DNA of 64,000 nt, taken from contig JAUPTV010000232.1 of NCBI GenBank assembly GCA_030917925.1, positions 7,082-71,081 of the forward strand, in the 5' to 3' direction. The notes beneath the pieces were generated by a model. The model saw only the letters and a program-made list of their open reading frames with translations, was not told where the DNA came from and did not search any database. Made by a program: the position numbers and the translations under genes. Positions 59,765 through 64,000 of the stretch are shown here, piece by piece (position 1 is the stretch's first letter; the number at the start of each line of letters is the position of its first letter). The DNA is from Pseudomonadota bacterium (lineage in GTDB: Bacteria > Pseudomonadota > Gammaproteobacteria > Competibacterales > Competibacteraceae).

Positions 59765-61076
59765 GGGAGGCCAACCTCTTGCCAAAAGTGAGGGCGAGGG
59801 TATCGCGGGGTTCATCGTGTTCGCCATAGAGACCAGCGAATTCTTCGCCCATGCGAATCAGGGCGTCAATGCGCGCCGCCTGAAGATCTTCCGGCACCCG
59901 TTGACCATTACTAATATACGCCAGTGGCAAGCCTTTTTCATGGACGGCTGACAGCGCCGCGCCCAGTCGGGTGGTTTCATCGACCTTGGTGATGATGACA
60001 CCGCTCAGGGGGACGCGACTAAAAGCAGTCGCGGTCTCTCGTAGCACGGAATGCAGGGCGTTAGCGGCCAGCACCAGATAGTTGCGAATGTGAGGGGCGT
60101 CTTTCAACAGCGCAAATTGCTGCGACAGGCGTAGATCACGCTGGCTCATGCCAGCAGTGTCGATCAGAATTAGTGACTTATCGGAGAAGCCGGTAATAGC
60201 ATCGCGTAATTCCTGGGCGGTGCTGACCAACCGGACCGGCGCATCCATGATCACCCCGAAAGTAGATAGTTGTTCAAAAGCGCCAATCCGGTAGCTGTCA
60301 GTGGTAATCAGCGCGACCTGGCGCGGACCATGCCGCAGGTTATAGCGCGCCGCCAACTTGGCGATGGTGGTGGTTTTGCCGACTCCGGTAGCACCAATCA
60401 GCGAGACTACGCCGCCATGCGTCAGAATATCGTCTTCGGTGACGGAGAGATTATGCCCCAGCGTTTCCAGCGCCAGCCGCCAGGCTCGTTCGGGATCGTT
60501 TTCGCTGGCAGCGGCCTCGGCCAAACGCAGGCATAAATCCGGGCTGAAACCGAAGTCCAGTAATTGACCCAACAAATCAGCGCGATGGGGCTGGCGGCGG
60601 GCCATTTCCCCCCAGGCCAAGCCCGCCAGTTGATGCTCCAGCAGGTTATGCATGACCTGAATTTCCTTACGCATTTCAACCAGTAGCGGGTCTTGCGCCC
60701 AAACGACCCGTGATCGGTCAGGCCGCACTGGCACCGGGCGTTCCCGTTCCACCGGAGCGAGTGGCGCTGGCGGACGCTCAGTTGGAGTCGCCACCCTGGT
60801 CATCGCGATAGCCGGCGGCTCAATAGCCGGTAAGGCATTGAACTCGGCGTCCGGATCAGAGCGGATTTCGATATCACGGGATAAAGTGCGCCGCTGGGCT
60901 GCCGCCTCGGCGGTGGCTTGTTGCAGGGTTTTTTCATCATAGTCAATCGCCGCCACGATTTCGAAACCGGCAGCGGTCCGCTGGTTGGACAGGATCACCG
61001 CATCGGGTCCCAGTTCCTCCCGGATCTTGCGCATCGCCTCACGGATATTGGAAGCGCACAGTCTTTTGATCTTCAT
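59754..61076 (-). CDS. flhF: flagellar biosynthesis SRP-type GTPase FlhF
   Basis: 440 aa with IGATGVGKTTTIAKLA, DTAGMSQRD and TKVDET motifs. Confidence 0.9.
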   Translation of the reverse strand: MKIKRLCASNIREAMRKIREELGPDAVILSNQRTAAGFEIVAAIDYDEKTLQQATAEAAAQRRTLSRDIEIRSDPDAEFNALPAIEPPAIAMTRVATPTERPPAPLAPVERERPVPVRPDRSRVVWAQDPLLVEMRKEIQVMHNLLEHQLAGLAWGEMARRQPHRADLLGQLLDFGFSPDLCLRLAEAAASENDPERAWRLALETLGHNLSVTEDDILTHGGVVSLIGATGVGKTTTIAKLAARYNLRHGPRQVALITTDSYRIGAFEQLSTFGVIMDAPVRLVSTAQELRDAITGFSDKSLILIDTAGMSQRDLRLSQQFALLKDAPHIRNYLVLAANALHSVLRETATAFSRVPLSGVIITKVDETTRLGAALSAVHEKGLPLAYISNGQRVPEDLQAARIDALIRMGEEFAGLYGEHDEPRDTLALTFGKRLASHAC

Positions 61077-61132
61077 GGCTTTTTCCCGCTGTAGTCACAG
61101 TGACCGCATCCCCGGCCAGTCGTTCGGTTCGC

Positions 61133-63223
61133 TTATTTACCTACGGTGGCGATAACCTTGAGTTTCTTGTCCTCGGGGATCTCGCTGAAGGCCAGAACCT
61201 GGAGGCCCGGAATCCCATGCCGCGTGAAGCGCGCCAACATCACGCGAATCGCGTCGGGAACCAGGAGTACCGCCGGCTGCCCGACCAATTCCTGCTTCTG
61301 GGCGGTGTCCAGCAGCGCCTTGTGCAAGCGCTCAGCCAGTCCTGGTTCCAGAGGGGCTTGTTCGTCCCTGCCTGTTTGCAAAGTACGCAGCAAGATTTGT
61401 TCCAGCTCCCCAGCCAGGGTGATGACTGGCAATTCTTCCTCTAATCCATTGATACTTTGAATAATCATCCTCCCCAAGGCTCCCCGGACGGCCGCCGTTA
61501 ATATGTCAGGGTCCTGACTCCGGGCACCGTGCTCCGCCAAAGTTTCGGCGATAGTCCGCATATCGCGGATCGGGATCTGCTCCAGCAGCAGATTTTGCAA
61601 CACCCGAACGACCACCCGCAGCGTCAGGGTTTTCGGCACCAGATCCTGCACCAGGCGCGGCATGGCGTTTGCCAGTCGATCCAGCAACTGCTGGGTTTCT
61701 TCATGGCCGAGCAGTTCGTGGGCATGGCTGAGCAGAATCTGGTTCAGGTGCGTCGCGATCACCGTACTGGCGTCAACCACCGTGTAACCGAGGGTTTGGG
61801 CCTGTTCGCGCAGATTCGGCTCAATCCACACTGCGGGCAGTTTGAACGCCGGATCCTGGGTCGCGATACCAGGCAGGTTACTTTGCGCCTGACCGGGATT
61901 GATGGCGAGTTGCCGGTCAGGGAATGCCTCCGCTTCGGCAGCGGTGACGCCGAGCAGGGTGATGCGGTAAGCCGTCGGGGATAGATCGAGGTTATCGCGG
62001 ATATGCACAGGGGGAATGAGAAAGCCCAGTTCCTGCGAGAGTTTTTTGCGCACCCCCTTGATCCGGGACAGTAATTGACCGTTCTGATTGCGGTCCACCA
62101 GGGCGATCAACCGATAACCAACTTCCATGCCAATCGTATCCAGCGGCGGCACATCATCCCAGCCCACTTCGCGGGTATCCGCAGCGCTTTCGGGCGCACC
62201 CGGTGGAGTAGCCGTTCCACCGCCTTCAGCGTCTGGCAATGCCGAAGTTTCCTCGCGTTGGTAGCCGCGCCAGGCCAGATAGCCCGCCCCGGCGGACAGA
62301 CTGAGAAACACAAGATTGGGCATACCCGGAATCACGCCCATCATGCCGATAATGGCGGCCGTGACGCCGAGCGCCTGCGGACTGCCAAACAGTTGCTTGG
62401 TGACTTGCTGGCCGATGTCCTGCGCCCCGGAAGCGCGGGTGACGAGGATGGCGCTGGCGGTGGACAGCAGCAGGGAGGGAATTTGCGCGACCAGGCCATC
62501 GCCAATGGTCAACAGCGTGTAGAACTGGGCAGCTTCGGCGAACGGCAAATTGTGTTGCGCAACGCCGATGATGATGCCGCCAAACACGTTGATAAAGGTG
62601 ATCAGCAAGCCGGCTATCGCATCGCCACGCACGAATTTGCTCGCGCCGTCCATGGAGCCATAGAAATCCGCTTCCTGCACCACTTCGGCGCGGCGTTGTT
62701 TGGCTTCCGCCTGATCGATAACCCCGGCATTGAGGTCGGCGTCAATCGCCATTTGCTTGCCGGGCATGGCGTCCAGGGTAAAACGGGCGCTGACTTCCGA
62801 TACCCGGCCTGCGCCTTTGGTGACGACCATGAAATTGATGATCGTCAGGATGGCGAAGACCACGATACCAATCGCGTAGTTACCGCCGACCACAAAATGG
62901 CCGAACGCTTCGATGACCTTACCCGCCGCATCGCCGCCAGCATGGCCATTCAACAGGACCACCCGGGTTGAGGCCACATTCAGCCCTAACCGCAATAGCG
63001 TTGTGACCAGGATGACGGTGGGGAACACGGAAAAATCCAGTGGTCGCTGGCTATAAATGGTGGCCAGCAGGACCACCAGCGACAGGGCAATGTTGAAGGT
63101 GAAGAGGACATCCAGCACGAAGGGCGGCAGCGGGATGACCACCATCATCAGGATCAGGACCATGAGCAGCGGTGCGCCCAGTCCGGAGCGAACCACACTA
63201 CCCAGGATAGCGGTCAAGTTCAT
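61133..63223 (-). CDS. flhA: flagellar type III export gate protein FlhA
   Basis: 696 aa with RFTLDAMPGKQMAIDADLNAG and the FHIPEP-family N-terminal membrane domain. Confidence 0.95.
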   Translation of the reverse strand: MNLTAILGSVVRSGLGAPLLMVLILMMVVIPLPPFVLDVLFTFNIALSLVVLLATIYSQRPLDFSVFPTVILVTTLLRLGLNVASTRVVLLNGHAGGDAAGKVIEAFGHFVVGGNYAIGIVVFAILTIINFMVVTKGAGRVSEVSARFTLDAMPGKQMAIDADLNAGVIDQAEAKQRRAEVVQEADFYGSMDGASKFVRGDAIAGLLITFINVFGGIIIGVAQHNLPFAEAAQFYTLLTIGDGLVAQIPSLLLSTASAILVTRASGAQDIGQQVTKQLFGSPQALGVTAAIIGMMGVIPGMPNLVFLSLSAGAGYLAWRGYQREETSALPDAEGGGTATPPGAPESAADTREVGWDDVPPLDTIGMEVGYRLIALVDRNQNGQLLSRIKGVRKKLSQELGFLIPPVHIRDNLDLSPTAYRITLLGVTAAEAEAFPDRQLAINPGQAQSNLPGIATQDPAFKLPAVWIEPNLREQAQTLGYTVVDASTVIATHLNQILLSHAHELLGHEETQQLLDRLANAMPRLVQDLVPKTLTLRVVVRVLQNLLLEQIPIRDMRTIAETLAEHGARSQDPDILTAAVRGALGRMIIQSINGLEEELPVITLAGELEQILLRTLQTGRDEQAPLEPGLAERLHKALLDTAQKQELVGQPAVLLVPDAIRVMLARFTRHGIPGLQVLAFSEIPEDKKLKVIATVGK

Positions 63224-63241
63224 GAAGATTTCTACTCGTTC

Positions 63242-64000
63242 CTATTCAGTGCGCAAATCAGGCGGGACGGGGACATCCTCGATCACAATTGGGTCCCGAT
63301 TGAAGGGATCTTCCTGGCGCAGGCGGTACAGATAGGCCAGGATCTGGGCGACGGCACGATACAGAGGGTTGGGAATCGGTTTATCGAGTTTGCCGTTGTA
63401 ATACAGGGCGCGTGCGAGCAACGGCGATTGCACCAGCGGCACCCGGTGCTGGGCCGCCAGTTCGCGGATACGCAAAGCGGCCTGTTCAACGCCCATGGCG
63501 ACAATCACCGGGACCGCCATGGTGGCCTGCTTGTATTCCATAGCCACCGCGTAGTGGCTGGGATTGGTGACGACCACATCGGCGGTCGGCACTTTCTCCA
63601 TCATCCGCTTCTGGGCAAATTCCATTTGCAAGCGACGGATGCGGGCTTTGACCTCGGGCTTGCCTTCGGTGTCTTTCGATTCATCGCGCACTTCCTGCTT
63701 GGTCATCCGCAGGTTCTTAATGTGATTGAAAATCTGGAAAGGCACATCGACGCCAGCGATCAGTAGCATGGGCAGGCTCAGGATCAGGAACGCCCAACCC
63801 AGAATATCAGCGGTGTGGACCAGCGCCGGCACCAGGGGTTCCCGACCCAGATGCAGCAACTCCGGTGCCCATCCCCAAAGCAGGATCACAGCCACGGTGC
63901 CCACGACCAGAAATTTGATCAGCGCCTTGAACAGTTCCATCAACGAATTCCACGAGAACAGCCGACCAATGCCCGTGATGGGATCCAGTCGATCCCACTT
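63242..64000 (-). CDS. flhB: flagellar export switch protein FlhB, 3' portion (5' end beyond window)
   Basis: The C-terminal domain has an autocleavage-site variant VVTNPSHYAVAM (NPTH-type). The reading frame remains open to the window edge. Confidence 0.85.
   Translation of the reverse strand, partial: KWDRLDPITGIGRLFSWNSLMELFKALIKFLVVGTVAVILLWGWAPELLHLGREPLVPALVHTADILGWAFLILSLPMLLIAGVDVPFQIFNHIKNLRMTKQEVRDESKDTEGKPEVKARIRRLQMEFAQKRMMEKVPTADVVVTNPSHYAVAMEYKQATMAVPVIVAMGVEQAALRIRELAAQHRVPLVQSPLLARALYYNGKLDKPIPNPLYRAVAQILAYLYRLRQEDPFNRDPIVIEDVPVPPDLRTE

Overview
This 64-kb chromosomal window comes from a roughly 60% G+C genome with gammaproteobacterial-type gene order. No tRNA, rRNA, CRISPR array, transposase or integrase was recognised.

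Most of the window is housekeeping:
- ybeZ (3' end)-ybeY-corC-lnt
- lepA-lepB-DUF4845-rnc-era-recO
- clpB with a sigma-32-like promoter
- thiC behind a clear TPP riboswitch
- an Fe-S/FAD D-lactate-dehydrogenase-like oxidoreductase
- amtB with a sigma-54-like promoter
- msbA, GTP-PEPCK and aroK-aroB
- c-di-GMP signalling proteins
- orphan amino-acid ABC permeases with an embedded Uma2 nuclease gene
- a TRAP transporter, znuA/znuCB and dksA
- a flagellar block, flhB-flhA-flhF-fleN-fliA-motC-motD-DUF2802

The unusual part is about 11 kb between clpB and thiC (about 15.5-26.5 kb). It has three parts:
1. A tightly packed three-gene operon. It encodes a 987-aa protein with a large uncharacterised repeat-containing N-terminus and a midasin/CbbQ/NorQ/CobS-type AAA_5 ATPase module. 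Next is a CobT/NorD-type vWA partner that also carries an N-terminal HExxH metallopeptidase-like motif. Last is a protein whose motifs align with the catalytic core of canonical (eukaryote-type) poly(ADP-ribose) glycohydrolase. I do not know of a described system with this composition, and it is my top candidate for novelty.
2. A 5'-truncated methyltransferase remnant, followed by a sharply AT-rich (about one-third G+C by eye) 3.1-kb insert. The insert encodes an SF2 helicase fused to a seven-blade WD40 propeller. The fusion is interrupted by a frameshift inside the first WD blade.
3. A frameshifted, orphan HipB-like XRE gene convergent with a BrxR/CapW-like WYL regulator.

All calls rest on reading the ORF translations and DNA by eye and on motif recall. 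No database search was run, so family assignments need HMM or structure confirmation.
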